Assembly: GCA_016187565.1 (NCBI GenBank) | Contig: JACPJR010000031.1 | Span: 9,796-73,795, forward strand | DNA length: 64,000 bases | Source: Candidatus Woesearchaeota archaeon | Lineage (GTDB): Archaea; Nanobdellota; Nanobdellia; Woesearchaeales; JACPJR01 | Reading direction: 5' to 3' | Shown: piece after piece, positions 38,123 through 47,170 of the stretch | Numbering within the stretch: the stretch's first letter is position 1 | Layout of the letters: each line of letters starts with the position of its first letter | Notes under the pieces: model-generated | The model's database searches: none | Seen by the model: the letters and a program-made list of their open reading frames with translations, nothing else | What the model was told of the DNA's origin: nothing | Translations under genes and position numbers: made by a program

Positions 38123-40030
38123 ATGGACGTAACAACGATTAAAAATCTCTATCTGAAAGCAGTAGGCATTCGAGAAGATGTCCTCCATATGCTGAAGTTT
38201 GCAGGGAGTGGTCATCTTGGTGGATCTTTTTCTGCGGCCGAATTATTGAGTGTTTTATATTTCCATGAACTAAAACTTGATCCCAAACATCCAAATTGGG
38301 AAGAACGAGACCGTTTTGTGCTTTCAAAAGGGCACTGTTGTCCTGGATTGTATGCCGTACTTGCTGAAAGAGGCTTTTTCTCAAAAGAAGAATTTAAAAT
38401 GCTAAGAAAGGTCAATGGAAATTTACAGGGCCATCCTGAGCGCATTACTCCAGGAGTTGAATTTATTGCAGGATTCTTGGGACAAGGGCTTTCTGCTGGT
38501 TTAGGTATGGCATTAGGCTTTAAGCGGATGAAAAAAAACAATAGGATTTATGTTATGATCGGAGATGGAGATAATCAAGAAGGCCAGACGTGGGAAGCAG
38601 CACGCTTTGGTGTCCACAATAAACTGGATAATCTCGTAGCAATATATGATTATAACAATCTCCAGAGCGATGACCGAACAGAAAACATCCTCACGATTAA
38701 AGATCCTGAAAAGCAATGGACCAGTTTTGGATGGCATGCTATTGTTATTGACGGGCATCATGTTGAGCAGATTGTGCGTGCGTTGACAGAAGCTAAGACC
38801 ATCAAACAGAAACCAACGATTATTATTGCCCACACCCTCAAGGGAAATGGGGTTTCCTTCTATGCTGATAATCCTAACTCTCATGGAAGCTGGGCACCGT
38901 CAGATAGTGATTACAAAAATGCCCTTGCAGAGCTCCAAGAAACACGTAATAGACTGGTGAGAGAGGAATTTCCTCTTGCTCGTAGAGAATTGACGTTTTT
39001 CAATCCACAAATTGATGTTCGTTCGAGTAAAGATAATTGTTCGACAGATCAACAGGGAGAAGCATTTGAGCCCTATGTTTTTAAGAAAGAGGAGAAGTAC
39101 AGCTTACGAAATGCATTTGGTATGGCTGCCGCAAACCTTGCCAAGAAGTACGATAACTTTGATCTTTTTGATGGCGATGTTCGTGGTGGAACCATGACTT
39201 GTATTTTTGAAAAACATTTTCCCCATCGTTTTATCCAATGTGGCATTGCTGAACAAAACATGATGAGTGTAGCTGCAGGATATCATCTGGCAACAGAGAG
39301 AATTCCTATTGTTACTACCTATGCTGCGTTTACCTCGCTACTCACTGCAGCACAGTTTAGAAATAACATTGCCATGCAGAAACTTCCGGTCATAGTTGCA
39401 TCGAGCCACAACGGAACAGATACTGGACCAGATGGACCTACGCATCAGGCAATTGAGGATTTAGGTGTCTTTCGAACCTATCCTGGGGTTGTTGTTATTT
39501 CTGCTGCTTGTCCGTATCAGATTCACGGCTTGTTAGAGGCAGCACTCTTAGGCAAGAAGCCAGTCTACATGCGAACAGGAAGAAGCCCTACCCCTGTCTT
39601 GTACGGTCCGTCTGAACATTTTAGCATTGGTAAGGATACAGTACTGAGAAAAGGGACTGACATCACGTTTTTTGCAACAGGCCTTCTCGTTAAACGAGCC
39701 CTTGATGCAGCAGAACAATTGAGCAGTGAGGGCATTGATGCTGAGGTTATTAATATCGCCACGCTTAACCCCCTTGATACTCAATTGATTTTACAATCAG
39801 TCAGGAAAACTAAGCGTGCACTTGTTGCCGAGGATCATTATCTTCACAATGGATTAGGCGGAGCAATAAGCCAGTTTTTGGGAGAACAATTTCCCGTGCC
39901 CCTAAGATATATTGCTCTCCGAACCTATGCTGAATCAGGAGATCCTCAGGAATTGGCAGCAAAGTATCACCTTACATCAAATGATATTTTTTTAACCGCT
40001 CAAGAAATGATTCGAGGTGATTTACATTAA
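38123..40030 (+). CDS. tkt: Transketolase, fused N-terminal (TPP-binding) and C-terminal (pyrimidine-binding) sections
   Basis: The N-part (GSGHLGGSFSAAELLSVLYF...RDRFVLSKGH...IGDGDNQEGQTWEA) matches split-type TK N subunits. The C-part (FGMAAANLAKKYDNFDLFDGDV...CGIAEQNMMSVAAG) matches TK C subunits. A ~100-aa linker joins them. Confidence 0.85.
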   Translation: MDVTTIKNLYLKAVGIREDVLHMLKFAGSGHLGGSFSAAELLSVLYFHELKLDPKHPNWEERDRFVLSKGHCCPGLYAVLAERGFFSKEEFKMLRKVNGNLQGHPERITPGVEFIAGFLGQGLSAGLGMALGFKRMKKNNRIYVMIGDGDNQEGQTWEAARFGVHNKLDNLVAIYDYNNLQSDDRTENILTIKDPEKQWTSFGWHAIVIDGHHVEQIVRALTEAKTIKQKPTIIIAHTLKGNGVSFYADNPNSHGSWAPSDSDYKNALAELQETRNRLVREEFPLARRELTFFNPQIDVRSSKDNCSTDQQGEAFEPYVFKKEEKYSLRNAFGMAAANLAKKYDNFDLFDGDVRGGTMTCIFEKHFPHRFIQCGIAEQNMMSVAAGYHLATERIPIVTTYAAFTSLLTAAQFRNNIAMQKLPVIVASSHNGTDTGPDGPTHQAIEDLGVFRTYPGVVVISAACPYQIHGLLEAALLGKKPVYMRTGRSPTPVLYGPSEHFSIGKDTVLRKGTDITFFATGLLVKRALDAAEQLSSEGIDAEVINIATLNPLDTQLILQSVRKTKRALVAEDHYLHNGLGGAISQFLGEQFPVPLRYIALRTYAESGDPQELAAKYHLTSNDIFLTAQEMIRGDLH

Positions 40031-40754
40031 ACTCAACAATAAAGTCGCTATTGTTACTGGTTCAAGTAGAGGGATTGGCAAATCCATTGCCCTTGCCTTT
40101 GCCAAAGAAGGTGCAGATGTTGTTATTACCTATAAATCTGAAGAGACAAAAGCAAAGGAAGTTGTAAACGCTATTAAGGCATTGAAGAGGGATGCAATTG
40201 CTGTAAAAGTCGATGTAAGTCAACGTAAAGATTTAATTGTTCTTGTCCAAGAAACCATGAAACATTTCAGAAGGATTGATATTTTGGTGAACAATGCAGG
40301 GATTAACAAACCCAGCGACTTTCTTGATATCACTGAAGAAGATTGGGATGCTATCATTGATACGAATCTCAAAGGAGCATTTTTATGCTCCCAGGAAGTC
40401 TTGAAAGTAATGAAGGAACAAAAAAGTGGTGTTATCATTAACATCTCCTCAGTGAGCGGTCAATATGGAGGCCCACGCACATGCCATTACGCGGTTTCTA
40501 AAGCTGGTCTCATCATGATGGGGTATAATCTTGCACTGAACTTTGCCAAGTACAATATCCGCGTTATTAATATTGCCCCAGGCGTTATCGAATCAGAAAT
40601 GGCCAAGGCAGCTGCAAGTCTCGATCTTAAAATTCCTTTACAGCGCCTTGGTAAAGCAGATGAAGTAGCAAAAGCAGCAGTTTTTTTAGCATCTGATGAT
40701 GCAAGTTATATTACCGCCTTTACCATGAATGTCAATGGCGGCTTGTATTTTTAG
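40017..40754 (+). CDS. Short-chain dehydrogenase/reductase, FabG-like (classical SDR)
   Basis: TGSSRGIGKSIA cofactor motif, an NNAG region, and the catalytic YAVSKAG (YxxxK). It overlaps the tkt end by 14 nt. Confidence 0.85.
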   Translation: MIYIKLNNKVAIVTGSSRGIGKSIALAFAKEGADVVITYKSEETKAKEVVNAIKALKRDAIAVKVDVSQRKDLIVLVQETMKHFRRIDILVNNAGINKPSDFLDITEEDWDAIIDTNLKGAFLCSQEVLKVMKEQKSGVIINISSVSGQYGGPRTCHYAVSKAGLIMMGYNLALNFAKYNIRVINIAPGVIESEMAKAAASLDLKIPLQRLGKADEVAKAAVFLASDDASYITAFTMNVNGGLYF

Positions 40755-40784
40755 TAACTAAGTTTTAGCAACAAGGTAAATCTC

Positions 40785-42014
40785 ATGCAAAAGCGATTAT
40801 TGGTTATTGGAGGAGGACCTGAGATGGTCCCTCTGTTTTCACTCACCAAGCAAATGGGATTACAAACAGTTGTCACTGATAGAGATCCTCATGCACCTGG
40901 TTTTTTATACGCAGATGATCATATTCTTGCAAGTACCAGGGATATTAAAGAGACAGTTGAGAAGGTTCTTGTTTTTCATGCAAAAAAACCAATTCATGGT
41001 GTTATGACCATTGCTAATGATGTTCCCTTGACGGTTGCCAGTGTCGCACGTGTCTTGCACTTGCCTGAAATCCCACCGCTTGAAATTGCTGAAATATTGT
41101 CTGATAAATTCAAGATGAAAGAGGTTTTTAAGGCATCTGGTATTCCATTACCATGGTTTCAACAGATCACCACTTTTAAAGAACTTCAGCAGATTGTTCA
41201 TGAACGTGGATTTCCTCTGGTCCTTAAGCCCGTAGATAACTGTGGGGGGAGGGGTGTCTTTCGGCTGACATCTGTGGATAATCTTCAGGAAGCATTCTCT
41301 ACTGCACAGACCTTTTCACGACGAGGAACCCTCCTTGTTGAAGCTTTTCTTGAAGGCCCACAGGTAAGTACTGAGTCCATTGTCTATCACGGAAGGGTTT
41401 ATACTATTGGATTTTCTGATCGGAATTATGAATTTTTAGAGAAGTATGCACCCCACTTCATTGAAAATGGTGGTGAGCTTCCGTCTCATCTCTCTCCAGC
41501 TGATCAACGCAAAATGTACCAGCTTCTGGAGAAAACTGCGCAGGCGCTTCATCTTACCAATGGTGTTCTTAAAGGGGATCTCATCCTCCACAATGGTGAA
41601 GCGAAAATTATCGAAGTGGCTGGCAGGTTAAGTGGGGGTTACTTTTGTACCCATGAAACACCACTTTCGACCGGTATTGAAATTGTTGTACCTGTTATTA
41701 AGATGGCTCTTGGAGAAAAGGTTGATGAACAGGACTTGAAACCAAAATACCACCGTGGAGTTTGCCAGCGTTATTTTTTTCCAACAGAAGGGAAGGTTGT
41801 TGCTGTTGAGGGCATTGATCAAGTCAAAAAACTTCCATGGGTAAAGCTTTTCTCGCTTAATGTTAAGATTGGAGACATTATTAAAAAACCAGTAGATTCT
41901 AATGCAAGTGTAGGAGTTATCATGACTATTGGAGAAACCAGAGAAGAGGCATTGGAGCGAATGGCTGAGGCAATGGCCCATATTAAGATAAAAACCATTA
42001 AACAAACATTGTGA
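40785..42014 (+). CDS. ATP-grasp ligase (carboxylate-amine ligase-like)
   Basis: Pre-ATP-grasp + ATP-grasp layout: LVLKPVDNCGGRGVFRL, with downstream acidic/Asn catalytic regions. 409 aa. Confidence 0.7.
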   Translation: MQKRLLVIGGGPEMVPLFSLTKQMGLQTVVTDRDPHAPGFLYADDHILASTRDIKETVEKVLVFHAKKPIHGVMTIANDVPLTVASVARVLHLPEIPPLEIAEILSDKFKMKEVFKASGIPLPWFQQITTFKELQQIVHERGFPLVLKPVDNCGGRGVFRLTSVDNLQEAFSTAQTFSRRGTLLVEAFLEGPQVSTESIVYHGRVYTIGFSDRNYEFLEKYAPHFIENGGELPSHLSPADQRKMYQLLEKTAQALHLTNGVLKGDLILHNGEAKIIEVAGRLSGGYFCTHETPLSTGIEIVVPVIKMALGEKVDEQDLKPKYHRGVCQRYFFPTEGKVVAVEGIDQVKKLPWVKLFSLNVKIGDIIKKPVDSNASVGVIMTIGETREEALERMAEAMAHIKIKTIKQTL

Positions 42015-42042
42015 AAACATAATCCAAAAAACGGAGGGTATT

Positions 42043-42726
42043 ATGAATATTTTAGTAGTCGCTGCACATCCTGACGATGAAGTGTTGGGTTGTGGAGGAA
42101 CAATGGTTCATCATGTTCGGCAAGGAGACAAGGTTTTTATATTAATCACCGGAGAAGGTATTACTGCACGGTATACTCATCGTGATCAAGCTAATTTACT
42201 GCATCTTGAAAACCTCCATGTTCAAACACAGAAAGTTGCCGATATTTTAGGAGCGACAAAGCTTTTTACTCATAATTTTCCTGACAATCGTTTGGACAGT
42301 GTTCCTTTACTTGATGTTATTAAAGTGGTTGAGAAGGTTCAACAAGAGGTAAAACCAGAAATGGTGTATACCCATCATCGTGCAGATTTAAACATAGACC
42401 ATCGTATTTTGTATCATGCAGTGCTGACTGCATGTCGACCTATGCAAAAGAGTCGTGTTAGAAGGATCCTTTCATTTTATAATATCTCATCAACTGAATG
42501 GAATGTACCTCCTCCTAAAGATCTTTTCTTTCCTAATGTCTTCGTTGATATTACTCGGTCGATGAAAACAAAGCTTAAAGCAATGAGTATCTATAAAACA
42601 GAACTGTGTAAATATCCTCATCCACGATCCTTAAAGGCAATAGAAAACACAGCGAAATATTGGGGTAATTGTGTTGGTTTTGAAGCTGCAGAACCGTTCA
42701 TGCTTGTTCGTGAGAGGATTACATGA
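42043..42726 (+). CDS. PIG-L/LmbE-family N-acetyl-sugar deacetylase
   Basis: Canonical N-terminus ILVVAAHPDDEVLGCGGTM, and HxxH in YTHHRADLNIDHR. Confidence 0.85.
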   Translation: MNILVVAAHPDDEVLGCGGTMVHHVRQGDKVFILITGEGITARYTHRDQANLLHLENLHVQTQKVADILGATKLFTHNFPDNRLDSVPLLDVIKVVEKVQQEVKPEMVYTHHRADLNIDHRILYHAVLTACRPMQKSRVRRILSFYNISSTEWNVPPPKDLFFPNVFVDITRSMKTKLKAMSIYKTELCKYPHPRSLKAIENTAKYWGNCVGFEAAEPFMLVRERIT

Positions 42727-43676
42727 GAACAGCATTTATTGGTGCGCTTATTGGCGGATATGATGCACTCAAAGCTTTGCTTGATAATGGGATTACTATT
42801 GATCTTGTTTTTACGCTTGATGAACATTATGCCGAAAATGTGAGCTGCTTTCAGTTATTTGATCCGCTCTTTAAGCAATACAATGTTCCATACTCTAAAA
42901 TAAAGGATATCAATGATCCAGAAAATATTTTGCGACTAAAAAATCTTAAACCAGATTTAATGATTGTTAATTGCTGGTCGCAACTTCTTACCAAGGAAAT
43001 TTTGGACATTCCTAGCATAGGAGTCCTTGGCATGCATCCTACCTTATTGCCAAAACATCGGGGACGAGCTCCAATTCCCTGGGCCCTTATCCACGGCCTT
43101 GATAAAACTGGTGTTACCTGGTTTTTTTATAATGAGAAACCAGATGCAGGTGATATTGTTGCGCAGCGTGAAATACCCATCACCTTTCAAGACACGGCGA
43201 TGTCCCTGGGCAAAAAGGTTGATACGGTTGCTATCGAACTTCTTATTGAGGCAGTAAAAAGCATCCAACAAGGCATCTACAAAAGAATTCCTCAGGATCA
43301 TACCCAGGCAACCTATTGGAAGCGAAGAAGACCAGAGGATGGTATTATTGACTGGAACAAAACAAATCTTGCATTGTATAATTGGGTACGAGCGTTGACA
43401 AGACCATATCCTGGAGCATTCACGTATCATAACGGAAAAAAACTCTTCGTGTGGAAAGCATCTCTTCCCTTAAAGGATTTAGCAGAGGTATCATTCACCA
43501 CAGAGGATGTCCGTACATCAGGTACTATTATGAATGTTGACCCTGATGGAATTACGGTAAGTACAGGACAAGGGAATCTTATCCTTGAAGAAGTCCAATA
43601 TGAAGATGAACCAGTTCTTAATTTAGCTCTTGCGACACTACACTTTCAAATAGGTGAGGTACTTGGTAATGTCTGA
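42723..43676 (+). CDS. Formyltransferase (Fmt/ArnA-N-like, N10-formyl-THF-dependent), probable sugar N-formyltransferase
   Basis: Formyl_trans_N catalytic block NCWSQLL...GVLGMHPTLLPKHRGRAPIPWALIHG...TGVT (HxSLLPxxRG motif) and a C-terminal Formyl_trans_C-like beta domain. It overlaps the LmbE stop (ATGA). Confidence 0.8.
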   Translation: MRTAFIGALIGGYDALKALLDNGITIDLVFTLDEHYAENVSCFQLFDPLFKQYNVPYSKIKDINDPENILRLKNLKPDLMIVNCWSQLLTKEILDIPSIGVLGMHPTLLPKHRGRAPIPWALIHGLDKTGVTWFFYNEKPDAGDIVAQREIPITFQDTAMSLGKKVDTVAIELLIEAVKSIQQGIYKRIPQDHTQATYWKRRRPEDGIIDWNKTNLALYNWVRALTRPYPGAFTYHNGKKLFVWKASLPLKDLAEVSFTTEDVRTSGTIMNVDPDGITVSTGQGNLILEEVQYEDEPVLNLALATLHFQIGEVLGNV

Positions 43677-45696
43677 AGTAAAACCAAAACTGTATCTAGC
43701 CATGGTTTTTCATGGTAATCTTGGATATTCAAGTATTCCAGAAGGACATTATCCAGAAGTAATTGCAAAATGTTACTGGCCGATTCTTTCGTTGCTTGAG
43801 AAACATGGCATTCCTGCAGGTTTTGAATTTCCAGGAAGAACCCTTGAGATAATCGAGGAAAAGGATCCAAACTTTATCAAAAGATTCAAAGTCCTTATGA
43901 CTAACAAACGTGTCGAGTTTATTGGTTCGGGTTATGTGCAAAGCATATTCCCCTTAATTCCGGCAGCGGTTAATCTCAAGAATCTTTTTTTGGGTAATGA
44001 GGTTTATCAACAGATTCTTGGTTTACAACCGAAGATAGCTTTCATTAATGAGCATGTGTATGCTGATGGATTGGTGAAACTCTATAATCAAGCAGGTTAT
44101 GAAGCGATCATTTTGGATTGGGTTAATGCCGCTCATTTTAATAAAGATTTGAAGTCCTGTAAATATTCTGCAACAGGTATTGAGGGTACAGATCATCAAA
44201 AGATAAAGGTGCTTTGGAACAATTCATTCTTTTTCCAGCTCTTTCAGCGGTATGTCTATGGGGATATAGACCTTGTGGATTACCAGAAGCATGTACAATC
44301 AATGAAATCAAAAAAAGAATCTCGTGTTGCTATGATTTATGGCAATGATATGGAAGTTTTTAATTTTCGTCCACGGGATCCTCAAATCCTCCACTCAGGA
44401 GATATTAAAGAGGATGAGATCAAAAAAATTGAGCGTTTACTTCTTATGCTTAAGCAAGATTCAGATATTGAGTTTGTTCTTCCTTCACAAGCGCTTGATG
44501 TCTGTTTTTTACCTCACGTTTTTCGTATAGGAACTGCAGAAAGTCCTATCACTACAAAAAAACAGGAAAAGTACAATGTTTCTCGATGGGCTGTTTGTGG
44601 AAAAAATAGTTATCTGAGCAATACCTATTGTATGCAAGTGTATCATGAATTGATTGCCGATAGCAAGCAAACTTCTTTTAAAGATAAAGACTGGAAAGAA
44701 TTGGTGTTGTTATGGGCCAGTGATTTTAGGACTCACACTGAACCAAAAAAGCATGCAGCATTTGTGACTAAGTTAGATGAGTTAAAGAAACGCTTAGTTA
44801 CTCCTCCTGGCATAACTTTTCCTGACATCACTTCTAGCTTGATAGTTCGTAGTAATGACAGAGATATGCCTTCACTACATACGCATTCTGTTGAGCAAGG
44901 TGTTGTTACGACTGATGCTGTTCTTCTCGCTTTATCCGCCAGAAAAGGAGCAGCCATCAAAAAATTAACATTTAAAAACGTTCATAACCACCCGTTAATA
45001 GCTACGTTGCCCTATGGCTATTATGATGATATTACCCACGCGTTTGATTTTTTTTCCGGGCATTGTATTATTCTTGAGGGAAATCAGCAAATTACTGATT
45101 TACAATCTACAAAACTCGATACAAGAGAGTTTGATTCTTTTGTTGAAATAACGGCTAAAGTTCCTCTTACTCAGGGAGCTGGAACCGTAGATAAACTATT
45201 TCGTGTCTACAAAAAAATACCTAAAGTAGATGTGCAGTTACTTTTTACTTTTCATCGAGCAATTAACCCAACCTTTGCTCGTATGATGATCCTTACCTTA
45301 AATCCACATGCTTTTACAAAAAATAAACTTTTTTATCGTACGAGTAATGGAGGATTTGAAGAGGAGACTTATTTTTTTCGGAAGAATTTTGATCAGACTC
45401 TTCCAGTCGATTTTCGATTTTCTGCACGTGGCTGTTTAGGAACAACGAATGAACATTTGACTATAGGTGACAATCAGTGTGCATTAACGATTTATGCGGA
45501 TAAAACTGCAACGTATACTGTTCCGTTGCTTACCTATGAGCGATTGTCAAAATCTTTTTTTCTTCGAGTATCTCATTCATTGATAGAAACTGATGAGACT
45601 ACCCATTGTATGCTTACAGGAACTCTTCCTTTACGCTTCTCACTGGTGGCACAACCGCTGAAAAAAACAAATAGGCAACAAGGAAGTAATAGGTAA
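43654..45696 (+). CDS. Glycoside hydrolase family 57-like protein (divergent)
   Basis: Colinear matches to the GH57 N-terminal regions: VFHGNL (HQP region, here H-G-N), FPGRTLEIIEE, RVEFIGSGYVQSIFPLIP (GQLEIV region) and FINEHVYADG...AIILDW (nucleophile-Glu region). The likely start is the Met at 43669. Confidence 0.45.
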   Translation: MRYLVMSEVKPKLYLAMVFHGNLGYSSIPEGHYPEVIAKCYWPILSLLEKHGIPAGFEFPGRTLEIIEEKDPNFIKRFKVLMTNKRVEFIGSGYVQSIFPLIPAAVNLKNLFLGNEVYQQILGLQPKIAFINEHVYADGLVKLYNQAGYEAIILDWVNAAHFNKDLKSCKYSATGIEGTDHQKIKVLWNNSFFFQLFQRYVYGDIDLVDYQKHVQSMKSKKESRVAMIYGNDMEVFNFRPRDPQILHSGDIKEDEIKKIERLLLMLKQDSDIEFVLPSQALDVCFLPHVFRIGTAESPITTKKQEKYNVSRWAVCGKNSYLSNTYCMQVYHELIADSKQTSFKDKDWKELVLLWASDFRTHTEPKKHAAFVTKLDELKKRLVTPPGITFPDITSSLIVRSNDRDMPSLHTHSVEQGVVTTDAVLLALSARKGAAIKKLTFKNVHNHPLIATLPYGYYDDITHAFDFFSGHCIILEGNQQITDLQSTKLDTREFDSFVEITAKVPLTQGAGTVDKLFRVYKKIPKVDVQLLFTFHRAINPTFARMMILTLNPHAFTKNKLFYRTSNGGFEEETYFFRKNFDQTLPVDFRFSARGCLGTTNEHLTIGDNQCALTIYADKTATYTVPLLTYERLSKSFFLRVSHSLIETDETTHCMLTGTLPLRFSLVAQPLKKTNRQQGSNR

Positions 45697-45700
45697 TGAA

Positions 45701-47170
45701 ATGTCAGAAAGAATACAGATCATGAAGGATGCTTCAATTTATTCCTTAACCACGTATATTGGTGAAGCTCTCAATTTTATTCGTGGTTTAATTGTTGCAG
45801 CTATGCTGGGTCCAACATTCTTTGGAATCTGGAGGGGCTTACAACTTATTCCCATGTATGGAGCCTATGCACATCTTGGAACAATCAATGCAATGGAACG
45901 CCAGCTTCCATATTATCGTGCAAAACAAGAGCATGAACATTGCCTGCATATACGAAATGTAACCCTTTCCTCTACCATTATCATTACGCTTTTAGTGACC
46001 TTTGGTATTATTATTTATTCATTTTTCGCCTCTCTATCTCGTGAATTCCTTCTTGGTATTCAGTTGATTGCTGTTGTTGTTCTACTGCAACAGCTGTGGA
46101 TATTTTTTACTAAATATCTCAATACTGAGAAAAAATTTATAATTAAAAGCACCTCTAATCTGATTTTAGCAGTTGCGAGCATTCTCTTTATGCCTGGTCT
46201 TATTTTTATTATGGGATTTACTGGTCTTTTTATTGGTCTTATTTTGGCGTATCTTGTGACGCTCGTTTATATCTGGATTCATCTTGATTTCAAGTTTTCT
46301 TTTTCTCTTGAGGGACTGGAGCTAAAGACATTATTACAAATAGGATTTCCGATTATTATTCTCGGTTTACTTGCAACCCTTCTTATGAGTATTGATCGTT
46401 TACTGATCCTTCGTTATAGTGATGCTAAAAATCTTGGGTATTACAGTATTGGTATTATGTTTCTTACCCTTATCCGTCTAGGATCTCGTGTTATCACCGA
46501 AGTCCTCTCGCCCAGAATCTATGAACGTCTTGGATCTACTGAGAAATTAGAATCAATACAGGGGCTTGTTTTCAAACCAACCTATGTCTCAAGCCTTCTC
46601 TTTCCCTTTCTTCTTGGTATTTCTTTTTTTTTACTCCCTCTGATTATAACGATGTTTCTCCCAGAATATGTTGCAGGGATAGATGCTCTTAAAATTCTCA
46701 TTGTTGCTTCCTTTTTTATTCCCTTAAACCCTCTTGGCATGATTTTTTTTATAGGTATTTCGAAGCAGCATAAATTAATCCCTCTTGCCGTTCTTCTCAT
46801 TATCTTTACCTTTCTCACACAATATCTCTTGTTAAAAGCAGGGTTTGGTATTCTTGGAGTAGCCATTGCTGTTGGTCTTACCATTGTAGTTGAGGTCACG
46901 TTATATCTGTTGTATATGCTCTGGCATTTTACGAAAAAAGCATCAGATTTTTTCCGTTTGTTATTACGGGTCTATGCTCCATTTTTGTATTTTTTGCTCG
47001 TTGTTATTGTTGTGCAATCCATACCATTGTCTGCCTTAGGTAATATTCTGGCAACTTTATTGCAGGTATTTATTGTTGTTATTCTTCTTTCTCCTCTCCT
47101 TTACTTTTTTAATGCCATTATCCCACTGAAAGAACTTGTTGGACTTATCAAAAAAAATGACCATGCCTAA
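45701..47170 (+). CDS. Wzx-like oligosaccharide flippase (polysaccharide biosynthesis protein, MOP superfamily)
   Basis: 489 aa with ~12-14 TM helices in the Polysacc_synt arrangement. It sits between glycan enzymes and a Wzy-like gene. Confidence 0.7.
   Translation: MSERIQIMKDASIYSLTTYIGEALNFIRGLIVAAMLGPTFFGIWRGLQLIPMYGAYAHLGTINAMERQLPYYRAKQEHEHCLHIRNVTLSSTIIITLLVTFGIIIYSFFASLSREFLLGIQLIAVVVLLQQLWIFFTKYLNTEKKFIIKSTSNLILAVASILFMPGLIFIMGFTGLFIGLILAYLVTLVYIWIHLDFKFSFSLEGLELKTLLQIGFPIIILGLLATLLMSIDRLLILRYSDAKNLGYYSIGIMFLTLIRLGSRVITEVLSPRIYERLGSTEKLESIQGLVFKPTYVSSLLFPFLLGISFFLLPLIITMFLPEYVAGIDALKILIVASFFIPLNPLGMIFFIGISKQHKLIPLAVLLIIFTFLTQYLLLKAGFGILGVAIAVGLTIVVEVTLYLLYMLWHFTKKASDFFRLLLRVYAPFLYFLLVVIVVQSIPLSALGNILATLLQVFIVVILLSPLLYFFNAIIPLKELVGLIKKNDHA

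Noticed and set aside
38123-40030. Fused TPP enzyme as DXS (1-deoxy-xylulose-5-phosphate synthase)
   Set aside because: The N-terminal and C-terminal blocks match split archaeal transketolase subunits. They do not match DXS signature blocks, and archaea use the mevalonate route.
42723-43676. Fmt-like gene as a genuine methionyl-tRNA formyltransferase
   Set aside because: The context is archaeal. Archaea do not formylate initiator tRNA, and the tRNA-Met here has the archaeal A1:U72 form. The gene is ATGA-coupled to an LmbE sugar deacetylase inside a glycan operon. Sugar N-formyltransferase is the better reading.
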